DNA of 32,778 bases from Pseudothermotoga sp. (GTDB lineage Bacteria; Thermotogota; Thermotogae; Thermotogales; DSM-5069). Below are positions 1-10,337 of the stretch, piece by piece. Position numbers and translations under genes: made by a program. The stretch covers positions 28,870 through 61,647 of the forward strand of contig JBEPZZ010000006.1 in the NCBI GenBank assembly GCA_041640575.1, written 5' to 3'. Below the pieces are notes generated by a model that was given only the letters and a program-made list of their open reading frames with translations, had not been told where the DNA came from and searched no databases. The stretch's first letter is position 1. Each line of letters begins with the position of its first letter.

Positions 1-1
1 C

Positions 2-250
2 CGATCTCTACTTCTTGTTGATGAAATGTCACTTGGGCTTATGCCGTTGATGGTTGAAAAAGTTTTTGATATCCTGATCAAGGTAAAGGAAGCCGGTATC
101 TCAATTCTTTTGGTTGAGCAAAAAGTGCAGGAATCTTTGGAAATAGCAGACAGAGCGTACGTTCTTCAAACAGGTAGAATCGTTGCTGAAGGTGATGCAA
201 AAAAACTTCTTGAAAGTGAGTTAGTAAAACAAGCGTACCTTGGAATGTAA
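2..250 (+). CDS. livF: Branched-chain amino acid ABC transporter ATP-binding protein, 3' part (truncated by window edge)
   Basis: The frame from nt 2 reads RSLLLVDEMSLGLMP (Walker B/D-loop of LivF type), then ILLVEQ and ADRAYVLQTGRIV, ending AYLG. Confidence 0.85.
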   Translation, partial: RSLLLVDEMSLGLMPLMVEKVFDILIKVKEAGISILLVEQKVQESLEIADRAYVLQTGRIVAEGDAKKLLESELVKQAYLGM

Positions 251-284
251 CCATGATAAAATATTTTGACAAAAAGGGGGTGAA

Positions 285-1694
285 ATGTTGAAAGCCGATA
301 TTGGTGTAATAGGACTGGCGGTTATGGGGCAAAATTTGGCTTTGAATATTGCGAGGAAAGGCTTTGCGGTAGCTGTTTACAACAGGACTTCCGAAAGAAC
401 AAAAAATTTTATACAGCAACGTGTCAAAGATGAGCAGATTCTTCCTTCGTATGATTTAAAAAGTTTCGTAAGTTCGCTGAAAAAACCGAGAAAGATCATC
501 ATCATGGTCAAGGCTGGCTCTCCAGTTGATGATATGATCAATGATCTTCTGCCTTATCTTGAAGAGGGAGATCTTTTGATCGACGCGGGTAATTCACATT
601 ATGCAGATACAAACAAAAGGCTCGAAAGGCTTTCAAAATCCGGAATATTGTTCCTTGGTACAGGTGTCTCTGGTGGTGAATTTGGAGCTCTCCATGGTCC
701 TTCGATAATGCCTGGTGGCACTAGACAAGCTTACGAATTAGTTGAAGAAATTTTTCTGAAAATTGCTGCTAAAACAGAAGATGGACCTTGTTGCACCTAT
801 GTTGGTGACTATTCCGCAGGACACTTTGTTAAGATGGTTCACAACGGAATTGAGTACGCAATAATGCAGGCGATAGCAGAAGTTTATGACATAATGAGAA
901 AAATTTTGAACTTGAAGATAGCAGAAATTGGGAAAATCTTTGAAAGATGGAACAACTCAGAACTTTCCTCTTTCTTAGTTGAGATAACATATAAGATAAT
1001 GGAGAAAACGGATAGCGAGACAGGCAAGCCAATGCTAGACATGATACTTGACAAAGCAGAGCAAAAAGGTACCGGAAAATGGACAGTTGAAGCTGCTCTT
1101 GACCTAGGAATACCAACACCTTCTCTGAATCTTGCCGTTGTCGCTAGAGTCCTCTCACACTTTAAAGACCAGAGAGTTCAGTTATCAAATCTCTACTGGA
1201 AGAAGCCCTCCTCAAACGCTGACAGTACATTAATTGATGACCTTGAAAAAGCACTGGAGCTGGCAATGTTTCTCGCTTATTCACAAGGTCTTTGGTTAAT
1301 ACATGAAGCCTCAAAGGTTTACAGATACGGTGCAGATTTATCAGAAGTACTTAGAATTTGGAAAGGTGGCTGCATCATAAGATCCAAGATGATTGATTTT
1401 CTCAGAAATATATTGGTAGAGAATCCTCAAGATGTTAACCTTCTGGGCAATAAAAAGGCAGTGGAATATTTGAAGCAGAGAATTCATTCAACAATGAAAG
1501 TCTGCCAGATTGCAAGGGAAGCAGAGCTTCCAACTCTTGTTTTGAATTCGAGTTTGGATTATTTGTTCAGCATGAAGGAAGCAAATCTGCCGGCAAATTT
1601 GATTCAGGCCCAGAGAGATTTCTTTGGTGCTCACACTTTTGAACGAATTGATAAACCTGGCATTTACCACATTGAATGGCAACCACTGGAATAA
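285..1694 (+). CDS. gndA: 6-phosphogluconate dehydrogenase, decarboxylating (NADP-dependent)
   Basis: Motifs IGLAVMGQN, YNRT, GVSGGEFGA, GHFVKMVHNGIEY, QKGTGKW and QAQRDFFGAHT. SD-like AGGGGG lies upstream. Confidence 0.97.
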   Translation: MLKADIGVIGLAVMGQNLALNIARKGFAVAVYNRTSERTKNFIQQRVKDEQILPSYDLKSFVSSLKKPRKIIIMVKAGSPVDDMINDLLPYLEEGDLLIDAGNSHYADTNKRLERLSKSGILFLGTGVSGGEFGALHGPSIMPGGTRQAYELVEEIFLKIAAKTEDGPCCTYVGDYSAGHFVKMVHNGIEYAIMQAIAEVYDIMRKILNLKIAEIGKIFERWNNSELSSFLVEITYKIMEKTDSETGKPMLDMILDKAEQKGTGKWTVEAALDLGIPTPSLNLAVVARVLSHFKDQRVQLSNLYWKKPSSNADSTLIDDLEKALELAMFLAYSQGLWLIHEASKVYRYGADLSEVLRIWKGGCIIRSKMIDFLRNILVENPQDVNLLGNKKAVEYLKQRIHSTMKVCQIAREAELPTLVLNSSLDYLFSMKEANLPANLIQAQRDFFGAHTFERIDKPGIYHIEWQPLE

Positions 1695-1720
1695 AAAAGC
1701 GGGGAAGATCCCCGCTTTTT
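1694..1720. terminator. Bidirectional intrinsic terminator between convergent gndA and the kinase gene
   Basis: AAAAAGCGGGGA-AGA-TCCCCGCTTTTT is a perfect GC-rich stem with A and T tracts on both sides, filling the gap between two stop codons. Confidence 0.92.
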
Positions 1721-3240
1721 CATATCCTTGACATGAGATGCTTAACTGATTCATAGAGCTCTCTGAAAATCACATAGTATTTGTCGTAAACCTTTTTTAC
1801 TTGTAAATCTGGATCCACCGCTTCTTTATACTTGACCCATTGCTTAATCCTCTCAGGTTTGTCTATGATTCCAACGCCAAGTCCCACCAGGAATGCATCT
1901 CCAAATGGAGCTTCAACAAGACTGGCAACCTGTCTCATTTTGAATCCGGTTACATCAGCAAAGATCTTGACCCACGCGGAGGATTTTGCTACTCCACCAA
2001 CTATCCAACATTCCTCGTTGAGCTTTAGACCAGCTCTAATTCCTTCTTCCATGTTATGTCTGAGTGCATATGCTCCACCTTCCATCAACGCTTTGTACAA
2101 ATGGGCTCGTTTGTGGTAGAGTGTAACCCCAAAAATAACACCCTTTGCAAATGGATCCCAAATCGGTGATCTTTCACCCATGAAATAAGGCAAAACAATA
2201 ATTCCTTCGCTGCCAGCTGGGATTTCTGCCACTTCTTTATCTAGGATTTGATAAGGAGATATTCCTGTTCTTTCCCCAACAATTGCCTCAGCTTCACCGA
2301 ATTGTTCCTTGAACCACCTTGCCAGCGCACCTGTAGTTGCCGAACCTCCGAAGGTATATATTCTCTCGGTATCGTAAACAACGTATGGGTAGCTAACCAA
2401 TCCAAATGGTAGTTTCTCTCCTTTGTGAACTGTTCCCCAACATGTCGATGTTCCAACCATTGCTACGTGTTCACCCTCTTCGAGAGCGCCAGCAGATAAC
2501 TGAGCAACGGGAGCATCTATGCCACCTGCAACAATAGGAGTTCCCTCCAACAATCCACAAAGTTTGGAAGCTTCGCTTGTTACTTTGCCTACAACATCTG
2601 AGGATTTTGTTATCCTTTCAGGGAGGAACTCTTTTGGTATGCCTAGTGCCTTACACATCTCATCTGACCATGTCAACTTCTTGATATCAAAAACTCCACC
2701 CAAATTCCCGGCTGAAGAATAATCGGTAACAATTTCACCGGTTAGAAGATATATGACATAATCTTTTGGAGATATGAATTTATAGATTCTTTTCCAAATT
2801 TCTGGTTCATTGTTTCTTATCCACATCATCTTTGGAAAACCAAAATACGAATCAACGTAGTTACCTGTAATTCCGAAGATCATCTCTCTTGGTATATTCT
2901 TCTTGACCCATTCCGTTTCTTCAACTGCTCTTCTGTCCATCCATATCAAACAAGGTCTTAGCGGTTTCATTTCTTTGTCAACAGGCACTCCAGATCCGCC
3001 ATAAAGACCACTTATAGCCAACCCTGCAACATCCTTCTTTTCAATACTTGATTTTTCAAGCACTTCTTTAACTGTCTCGAACACAGCATTTGCCCAAGTA
3101 TCGGGCCACTGCTCTGCCCAATTTGGACGCGGTGTTATGACCTGATACTCTCTGCTCGATTCAGCAACAATTTGACCCCTTTCGTCAACCAAAACAGTCT
3201 TTGTACCTTGCGTGCCTATGTCACATCCTAGTAAGTACAT
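1720..3240 (-). CDS. araB: FGGY-family pentulose kinase, probable L-ribulokinase (Thermotoga xylulokinase-like type)
   Basis: Motifs LGCDIGTQGTK, WMDRRA, GGIDA, GTS, LPYFMGERSP and GGVAKS. It is the last gene of an operon with araD and abfA, and no classical AraB is present in the locus. Substrate is inferred from context. Confidence 0.8.
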   Translation of the reverse strand: MYLLGCDIGTQGTKTVLVDERGQIVAESSREYQVITPRPNWAEQWPDTWANAVFETVKEVLEKSSIEKKDVAGLAISGLYGGSGVPVDKEMKPLRPCLIWMDRRAVEETEWVKKNIPREMIFGITGNYVDSYFGFPKMMWIRNNEPEIWKRIYKFISPKDYVIYLLTGEIVTDYSSAGNLGGVFDIKKLTWSDEMCKALGIPKEFLPERITKSSDVVGKVTSEASKLCGLLEGTPIVAGGIDAPVAQLSAGALEEGEHVAMVGTSTCWGTVHKGEKLPFGLVSYPYVVYDTERIYTFGGSATTGALARWFKEQFGEAEAIVGERTGISPYQILDKEVAEIPAGSEGIIVLPYFMGERSPIWDPFAKGVIFGVTLYHKRAHLYKALMEGGAYALRHNMEEGIRAGLKLNEECWIVGGVAKSSAWVKIFADVTGFKMRQVASLVEAPFGDAFLVGLGVGIIDKPERIKQWVKYKEAVDPDLQVKKVYDKYYVIFRELYESVKHLMSRI

Positions 3241-3277
3241 TGGTTCGTCACCTCCCAGCGTTGTACTAAACTGAAAT

Positions 3278-4126
3278 TTACTTGATAGCTCCCAAGGTCA
3301 AGCCTCTTATCAAGAATCTCTGAGTGATCAAAGCGAAAATTATTACGGGTAACATAGTCACCAAGCCAGCTGCAGACAATGGACCCCATGCAACCCTCCA
3401 GCCAGTAATGTATCGACCTAAGTACACAGGCAAGGTCTGCGCAGATGCGTTACTTGTTAAAACAAGTGCCAGAAGAAATTCTCCCCAACTTTGGATAAAC
3501 GAAAGAATAGCTGCTGCGGCCAAACCAGGAGCACTTAACGGAAATACAACGTAGGCAAAAGTTTTCATCGTTGACGCTCCATCAATGTAAGCAGCCTCTT
3601 CGATTTCTTGAGGGATTTCGTTGAAAAACGAAATCAACAACCAAATGGAGAGGGCTGTTGTAGGGACAAGATATGGTAAAATAAGTGCAAACCACGTATT
3701 CAAAAGTTTTATCCTAGTAAATATTACATACAAAGGTATAGCACTAGCTATAGGCGGTAGGAATCTCATAGATATAAACCAACCTGTAAGTCCTGTTCCT
3801 CCGATTTTTGCTCGCGATATCGAGTAAGCTGCCAGTGCAGCAATCACTGTAGACAGAAGGGAAGTCGTTGTGGCAACAACGACGCTGTTTCTCAAAAATG
3901 GAGTTATCCCAGCTATCGATGTAGTTGTCGCGCCAAATGTTGATGCCCCAGTTCCTAAAAAGTTTGCCAATGTCCATCTCGTTGACCAGAAGATAGGAGG
4001 CACGGTAAACCATTCAGCTTCAGGTTTAAAGGCAGTGATAATAATCCAGTATATGGGGAACAAAAAGAATACAAGAACCATAATAGTGATAGCAAATCTG
4101 ATCGAATTTATTATTTTGCTTTTCAT
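3278..4126 (-). CDS. Carbohydrate ABC transporter permease (MalG-like, CUT1)
   Basis: Several hydrophobic segments, EAA loop IPQEIEEAAYIDGAS, C-terminal RGLTLGAIK. Confidence 0.93.
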   Translation of the reverse strand: MKSKIINSIRFAITIMVLVFFLFPIYWIIITAFKPEAEWFTVPPIFWSTRWTLANFLGTGASTFGATTTSIAGITPFLRNSVVVATTTSLLSTVIAALAAYSISRAKIGGTGLTGWFISMRFLPPIASAIPLYVIFTRIKLLNTWFALILPYLVPTTALSIWLLISFFNEIPQEIEEAAYIDGASTMKTFAYVVFPLSAPGLAAAAILSFIQSWGEFLLALVLTSNASAQTLPVYLGRYITGWRVAWGPLSAAGLVTMLPVIIFALITQRFLIRGLTLGAIK

Positions 4127-5019
4127 ATTGATCTCTCCTTTTGAAGGCCAAGTTCCCTGCCAATATTCAAAATCTTGATCAAGCTATTGACAAGGATCAT
4201 GGAAATAATCACCAAGATCACGCACAGAGCAGAACCATACCCAATATTCCAACCATAGGAAACAGTCACCTTATAGGCATAGAAACTCCAAGTTGAAGTT
4301 GCGCTGCCGGGTCCTCCGAACGTCGTCATATAAACGATATCAAAAGTTCTGAGAACGTCTATGACTCTCAAAAGCAGGGTGACATATATAATTGGTCTAA
4401 GGAGTGGAAATTCAACGTAAAGAAACAATTTCCAACCACTTGCCCCATCAACTTTACCAGCATCCAACAAATCTTTTGGCAATGCTTGCATAGCTGCATA
4501 AAGTATTAAAAAGACAAAAGGTGTCCATTGCCAAATTTCGACGATCATAATAGCAATTCGTGCAGTATTAGCTCTTCCAAACCACTCTATTCGCTGGAGT
4601 CCTAGCTTCCCAAGGAAATAATTTACTGGACCGAATATGTAATTAAACAACATCTTCCAACTGAAACCACCTACAGCTGCTGGCACCATCATCGGCAAAA
4701 GAAAGAGTGACCTGATTGTTTTCTCTCCGACTAAACCCCTAACCAAGTAACCAAGCCCCAAACCACCAAGCATTTCTATAGGAACTGCGATTAACAAAAG
4801 GAGAGCAGTGTATTCTATAGAAGAAATTGCAAGAGGGTCTCTAAAGATCTCACTATAGTTCCTCACTCCAATGAATTTTCCGGTCCCAGACTTCGACAGG
4901 TCTAAATCCGTGAAAGACGAGTATAACATGTAGGCAAACGGGTAGATCGTCATTACAAGAAAGAGCACGATTGCAGGCAAGACCAAAACCAATGCAGTTC
5001 GTCTCTTAACTAGTTTCAC
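4123..5019 (-). CDS. Carbohydrate ABC transporter permease (MalF-like, CUT1)
   Basis: Motifs FIGVRNY, EIWQWTPF and EAA-like LLDAGKVDGAS. Overlaps the next gene by 4 nt. Confidence 0.93.
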   Translation of the reverse strand: MKLVKRRTALVLVLPAIVLFLVMTIYPFAYMLYSSFTDLDLSKSGTGKFIGVRNYSEIFRDPLAISSIEYTALLLLIAVPIEMLGGLGLGYLVRGLVGEKTIRSLFLLPMMVPAAVGGFSWKMLFNYIFGPVNYFLGKLGLQRIEWFGRANTARIAIMIVEIWQWTPFVFLILYAAMQALPKDLLDAGKVDGASGWKLFLYVEFPLLRPIIYVTLLLRVIDVLRTFDIVYMTTFGGPGSATSTWSFYAYKVTVSYGWNIGYGSALCVILVIISMILVNSLIKILNIGRELGLQKERSI

Positions 5020-5040
5020 AGAATTCTCACCCCAAACACA

Positions 5041-5067
5041 GGCGAGAGAGTAACAAACTCTCTCGCC
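5041..5067 (-). other. Intercistronic stem-loop downstream of the substrate-binding protein gene
   Basis: GGCGAGAGAGT-AACAA-ACTCTCTCGCC is a perfect 11-bp stem without a strong U tract. Likely an mRNA stabiliser or partial terminator (inference). Confidence 0.75.
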
Positions 5068-5078
5068 CCAATTTTAAA

Positions 5079-6404
5079 CTACTTTCTAACAATTTTCTCC
5101 CACTCGACTGCCAATTTTTCCAGGGTTTCAATGGTTAACGGCAGTTCTCCGGCAAGAATTTTTGCAAAGTAGATGTTCGTGACATCTTCAAGTTTTGGTT
5201 CTTCTGGAATCCTTGGTCTGAAAGTCTCGTCAGCATATATTGCTGGTAAGGCAGTTACCCATGGTATAGCCTTTTGCGCCTCGGGATCTTGAAGAGTGGA
5301 TTTTCTGACCGGAGCAATGGCAAATCTGATTAACTTCTCCTTGTCTGCCCACTTGGACGTCGCAAATTGAATGAATTTAAAGGCTGCCCTTTGCTTTTCC
5401 TTTGATGTGTATGCATTTATGCCAAGTGCCCAGTTACCGGCAACGGAGCGGCCAGGCATTGGAGCAATGCCAATTTTCTTGTCAGCAGGTTGAAGTACTG
5501 GCGAAGCTTTGAACTGAAGGTATGGATTTGTCCACTGTGGTACCATTGCAACAATTCCTTTTGAGAAGTATTCGATTGTTTCTCCATAATCTGAACCAAG
5601 TGGATCTGGTGAATATGGCATCAAAGCCTTCATGTCCTCGAATGCCTTTAAACCAAATTCGTTTGCGAAGGCAGGTTTCCTATCGGCTGTAAAGTAATCA
5701 CCATAATCCAAATCAACAGGGCCAAGCTTTGCAAGTCCATCTACACTTCTTCTGTATGGCCCAAAGAACAACAAGTACATGTAAAACATCGTGTGGGTTG
5801 TTGGGAACATCAGAGCTATACCATACTCTGTCGGCGAATTTTTGTTGTATCTTTGGGTAAAGAATCTTGCAACATCTACAGCTTCGGCCCAAGTGGTTGG
5901 AACTCTCAAGGGTCTGCCATACATCTGCTCAAACTGCTGTTTAATTTTTGGATCCTCGAAAAGATCTTTCCTGTAGTAAAACAACATCGTGTTGTTGAAA
6001 TAAGGAAAGCCAACCAGTTTCTTATCCCACACACCTAAATCTCTTGCCAGAGGCAGAAGATCATCGAAGTCATAGTTTGGATCCACCAAATCCGGATTTT
6101 CTTTCATAAACTGCCACAAATCTACACACCCTTGACTAACGGCACCAGCAGTCATAACGTCCCAATTAAAGACATCAAAAGCTGCGGACTTTGCAGCAAT
6201 ATCAGCAAGGATTCTAGGATACAAAACTTCCCAAGATAATACCGTGACTTCTACTTTGATATCTGGATTACGTTTTGTGAATTCCTGAGCAAGCCACTTC
6301 AGCGAATCCGCATTATCAGAGCAAGCAACTACACTGATTGTTACTTGAGCAAATGTCAGAGATGCTACCAAGGCAACCAGTAGCAACACAACCCCAAACC
6401 TCAT
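5079..6404 (-). CDS. Sugar ABC transporter substrate-binding protein (family 1)
   Basis: Signal peptide MRFGVVLLLVALVASLTFA, motifs FYYRKDLF and GNWALGIN, SD GGAGGTG, directly upstream of two CUT1 permeases. Confidence 0.92.
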   Translation of the reverse strand: MRFGVVLLLVALVASLTFAQVTISVVACSDNADSLKWLAQEFTKRNPDIKVEVTVLSWEVLYPRILADIAAKSAAFDVFNWDVMTAGAVSQGCVDLWQFMKENPDLVDPNYDFDDLLPLARDLGVWDKKLVGFPYFNNTMLFYYRKDLFEDPKIKQQFEQMYGRPLRVPTTWAEAVDVARFFTQRYNKNSPTEYGIALMFPTTHTMFYMYLLFFGPYRRSVDGLAKLGPVDLDYGDYFTADRKPAFANEFGLKAFEDMKALMPYSPDPLGSDYGETIEYFSKGIVAMVPQWTNPYLQFKASPVLQPADKKIGIAPMPGRSVAGNWALGINAYTSKEKQRAAFKFIQFATSKWADKEKLIRFAIAPVRKSTLQDPEAQKAIPWVTALPAIYADETFRPRIPEEPKLEDVTNIYFAKILAGELPLTIETLEKLAVEWEKIVRK

Positions 6405-6436
6405 GGAAACACCTCCCCCTTAACGGTGTGATTCAT

Positions 6437-7075
6437 TCATCTTTGGCCATACTTTGTGTGATACTGTTGGTACAGCCGCTTTACTTCTTCTTCCGATAAT
6501 GGTGCTGCATTTTCAGCTAGAATTGCATAGTAGCTCGCCCTTGCTACTTCCTCCAAGAAGATCGCCTTCTTTAAAGCATCGTCAATTGATATACCTGCTA
6601 CTAAGACACCGTGTTTTCTAAGCAGTACTGTTCCGGATTGCCCCATAACCTTAATCGCAGCTTTACCAATTGCTTCAGATCCAACTGGTGCATATTCTGT
6701 TATTGGTATCTTTTCACCAAAGACGTCTGCATGCGCCGTGCAGAGAACAGGTATTTCTCTTTCTAAGATTGCCCAGGTTGTTGCAAAAGTTGAGTGTGTG
6801 TGAATCACAGAACGAACCCAGTCAAGGTTTTTATACAAAAACAGATGAGTGGCCGTATCAACCGAAGGTTTTTTCTCCCCTTCAACAATATTACCGTCAA
6901 GATCTATTACAACAAAGTCTTGTGGTTTCAAATGTGAGTAGGCAACTCCTGAAGGTTTAATTATCACATGGTTCCCTATTCTTACGCTAACGTTCCCACT
7001 TGTGTAAGCTACCAAATTGTATTTTTCAAGCATGATATGGGCCTCATGAAGTTCGATTTTTTCCTTTTCGTACAT
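6437..7075 (-). CDS. araD: L-ribulose-5-phosphate 4-epimerase (class II aldolase family)
   Basis: Motifs TSGNVS, IKPSG, HTHS and KHG, ending TKYGQ. ATG at 7075 is 7 nt from AGGAGG. Confidence 0.9.
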   Translation of the reverse strand: MYEKEKIELHEAHIMLEKYNLVAYTSGNVSVRIGNHVIIKPSGVAYSHLKPQDFVVIDLDGNIVEGEKKPSVDTATHLFLYKNLDWVRSVIHTHSTFATTWAILEREIPVLCTAHADVFGEKIPITEYAPVGSEAIGKAAIKVMGQSGTVLLRKHGVLVAGISIDDALKKAIFLEEVARASYYAILAENAAPLSEEEVKRLYQQYHTKYGQR

Positions 7076-7107
7076 CAAATATCCTCCTTGTCAAGAGAAC
7101 TCAGAAT

Positions 7108-8559
7108 TTATCTCTCTATCTCTATCACTGTGCAAGAATGTGGCTCAAAGTTAAAGACGAATTGTTCCCCAACAATAGCGGTTTCTTTAGTTATATCTAC
7201 AGTGGTATTGTCAAGAGTATTTCTTGCCTTGATACTAGGTCCAGTGAGCACATAGACATCTGCATTCTTTTTGGCACAACCTTTAATCTCAATGGGACAG
7301 CGTATTACATCGTCTTTATTGTAGTTGACAACAACTAAATACAATGTTTTTCCATCCTCTGAGATTGTTGCAGTAGCATCTAAATATTTAGCACCTGAAA
7401 AATCAAAGGGGATCTTGTGGTAAAACATTGTCCCTTGAACATCATATGTTTCAGTTTCCACAATTGTTTCAACAACCTTATCACCACTGTGGTTGACTAT
7501 CAATTCAAAAGCTTTGTAAACCGGTGTCAAAATCATGCCATTCTTTTCAGTATGAATTGCTCCGAGGGCATTAACTAGTTGAGCAAGGTTTGCTATTGGC
7601 ACAATATCACTGATTCTCTGCAGCATTATTAGAACACCACAGGCAAAGATTCCATCAGTCAAATCGTAAGGTTCCTCGAGCTTATTATCCATAACTCTGT
7701 ACCAAACATTCCACTCATCAAGAATGATTTTTATATCCTTTTTCCTTTTTGCTCTGCTTGAATCTATAAGTTTCTTCAATCCTATAAGTCTTTCCTCTAG
7801 AAGATAAACAGTTGAGACCGTTTCGTAATAATCTTCCGAGCCAGTATAGAAATGGTAGGAGATATAGTCAAAAACATCTCCAGCTTGATTTAGAACCTTA
7901 AGATTCCATTCACTGTCGTAGTCACATCCAACTGCTACTGTCTTTATAGAAGGATCAAAGACCTTCATCCATTTTGCATATTCTCTTGCAACCTTGGCGT
8001 ATTCATCGGCTGACATATGACCAACCTGCCATTCGCCGTACATTTCGTTACCGATGCCCCAGAATTTTACATTGTAGGGTTCTGGATGTCCGTACTTTCT
8101 TCTCAACTGGGCGTAATATGTATTCCCGCGTCCATTACAGTATTCCAACCAATGGAGTGCCTCATCCAAAGTACCTGTCCCAAGGTTCACGCATATGTAA
8201 GGTTCGGCACCAATCTCTTTACAGTAGTCGATAAATTCGTCAGTACCAAACTTGTTTGTTTCCTCATTTTGCCAAGCCAGATCAAACCTAACTGGTCTTT
8301 GATCTTTTGGACCTATACCGTCTTTCCAGTGGTAATTTGACACAAAATTTCCACCAGGCCAGCGAAGAATTGGCACTTTTATTTTTTCGACTGCCTCAAG
8401 TACATCTTTTCTAAAACCACGATGATCCGAGAGCATAGAGTCTTCCTCGTAAATGCCCCCGTAGATACACCTACCAAGGTGTTCAATGAAATGACCATAA
8501 ATGTACTTGCTAACTGGTTTTACAACCTTGTTTGGATCAACAACAATTCCATAACCCAT
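7108..8559 (-). CDS. abfA: Cytoplasmic alpha-L-arabinofuranosidase, GH51
   Basis: Motifs YGHFIEHLGRCIYGG, RWPGGNF, GNEM (acid/base), DEWNVW (nucleophile) and AQLVN. No signal peptide. Confidence 0.96.
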   Translation of the reverse strand: MGYGIVVDPNKVVKPVSKYIYGHFIEHLGRCIYGGIYEEDSMLSDHRGFRKDVLEAVEKIKVPILRWPGGNFVSNYHWKDGIGPKDQRPVRFDLAWQNEETNKFGTDEFIDYCKEIGAEPYICVNLGTGTLDEALHWLEYCNGRGNTYYAQLRRKYGHPEPYNVKFWGIGNEMYGEWQVGHMSADEYAKVAREYAKWMKVFDPSIKTVAVGCDYDSEWNLKVLNQAGDVFDYISYHFYTGSEDYYETVSTVYLLEERLIGLKKLIDSSRAKRKKDIKIILDEWNVWYRVMDNKLEEPYDLTDGIFACGVLIMLQRISDIVPIANLAQLVNALGAIHTEKNGMILTPVYKAFELIVNHSGDKVVETIVETETYDVQGTMFYHKIPFDFSGAKYLDATATISEDGKTLYLVVVNYNKDDVIRCPIEIKGCAKKNADVYVLTGPSIKARNTLDNTTVDITKETAIVGEQFVFNFEPHSCTVIEIER

Positions 8560-8612
8560 TCACAAAACCTCCTTGTCCTTCTTTCCTAACAGGTATTGAT
8601 CAAAAGATTTTG

Positions 8613-10337
8613 TTAACGTACGGAAAACAAACTAATAAAACCGCGTCTAACTTCAAGATGACTCACCGGCACTGACAAGATCGCTCCGTTGCTTCGTCTA
8701 TCAATTATTACGTCACTACCCACGAAGACTTGGCCTACAAGATATAAATGTGCGTTTATATTCAGACCTGCAATTTTTGCGAATAAAAATTTTAGTTTGA
8801 CGATACAAATTATGAAACGCGATTTTTCTGAATTTCTTTCGATGCGGAAATGATCTGTTGTTTTGCTGCTGTCGTTCGCATGCCAGAGTTCCATCTAGTG
8901 CATTCCTTCGCTGGAAACTTGAATTTCAAAAGGCGTACGACTGCTTGGTTTATCAAGGAGAACAAATCTCTTTAACAAATAAAACTTATCGTCGGTGTGT
9001 AACTCCCAAAAAGTACAATTAGAGTGTTCGATGTCCTAATCTCCATCAAGCTGCAGTATCCGATCAGCCCTTGGAATCTTAATTTGTGAAAGACCCTTTG
9101 CACATGAGATTTATGACATTTCATTCAGGCTCCACAAAGTAAATGAAGCGTTACTGCACTCTACGAATCTAGTCTCAGCAAAAACAGAATCTTTGAACAC
9201 ACACTTGCAGTTAAATCATTCTGCCTTCCAAAACCTCGCATAAACTTGTTCCCTTAGAACTACAGAAATGTTTAATGGCCATACGGTCCAGCTCTTAAAA
9301 TAGGCGGCACGCAAAAATACATGCGTAACGGTGACTCCCTTCATCAGAATCGCAAATAGGATCGATTGCGAAGCGGTTCTTCTAATTTCTGCCAAAACAC
9401 CTTTCATGTTTACGAACCATCGATAAAGTCCCCAGGTCTTGCTCGGGACGCAGTTTCCAGTTAATCCAAAGAAGCTACAAGTGATATACCAGTAAACCGA
9501 CCAACTGTCTACATACAGTTGTTCTAACTGATCCAGCCATTTCACCGGATAAATTATTACTGATAGTTCCCTACTAATCGCGTTCTTGTTTACACATATT
9601 GAGATCGCTTCAAACCCTAATCGTCTCTCTAAGTTTGTGTAATCGACCCAGAAACCTTGACTCTTCTTCAATGGAACAGAATCCAATTTATACCATGTGA
9701 TCACATCATGAATGTGCTTGTTATCTCCACTAAATTGCAGCAATTTTCTAAACTGAGAAGAATAGACATTTCTACTCAGATCAGCAATCTTGGTATTAGG
9801 TTTTATGGGCCTTGTCAGGTGGTGTGTTTTCTTACGTGCAGTAAAGAAACTCTTTCCCCACCCAGAAGTGTTAATTGGCACGTACCAGATAGCCTTAGGT
9901 ATATATGCAGTCTTAATGAAAGGGGATTTTTCTTGACATTTGACGATTCCTTCAGTTTTCAGAAAGTGATCATTTGGAATATATTCACCATCCAATTTAC
10001 TATTCTCTTCATATGACCAATTAAGATAAGTATCCTGGAGATAGGCTTGGATATATTTTCCTTCAGCTGAAAAAAATGCGCCCACAGTTCTGAGAAAATC
10101 AGTAGCAAGATTTTCCAAACAATACGGATGTTTGAACTCAAATAATCTTGACTCAGTTAGTATTAAAGATCCGACTCTCAGTATAATGTCTTCTGGCAAA
10201 AAGCAGTGTACGCCAGAAACACCATAATTAAGAGGTCTTAGCACTTTTGCTGGCTCAATCGTTGAAATTGAAGCAAAAACCTGTGACATGACCGTGATGA
10301 TACTTATCCGATCACGAATACTCACCAAGCATCTCAC
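8613..10337 (-). pseudogene. Decayed secreted clan GH-A (GH39-like) hydrolase with C-terminal CBM35/CBM6-like remnant
   Basis: ORF 9216-10337 keeps colinear, degenerate blocks of a family I recall: YIQAYLQDTYLNWSYE, YVPINTS (for YVPFNEP), DVITWYKL (for DIITWHEL), ICVNKNA (for ISINEYA) and WGLYRWFVNMKG. Downstream, a stop-broken frame reads LDKPSSRTPFEIQVSSEGMH*MELWHAN, which is CBM35-like. Family assignment is from memory only. Confidence 0.6.

Noticed and set aside
8610..8625. AACGTACG upstream of abfA as a fourth AraR operator
   Set aside because: Only a partial match to GTACGTAC, and I found no convincing promoter beside it.
8613..8894. 93-aa ORF as an independent gene
   Set aside because: Its ATG directly follows an in-frame TAG inside a CBM-like segment, so it is better explained as a fragment of the decayed hydrolase.
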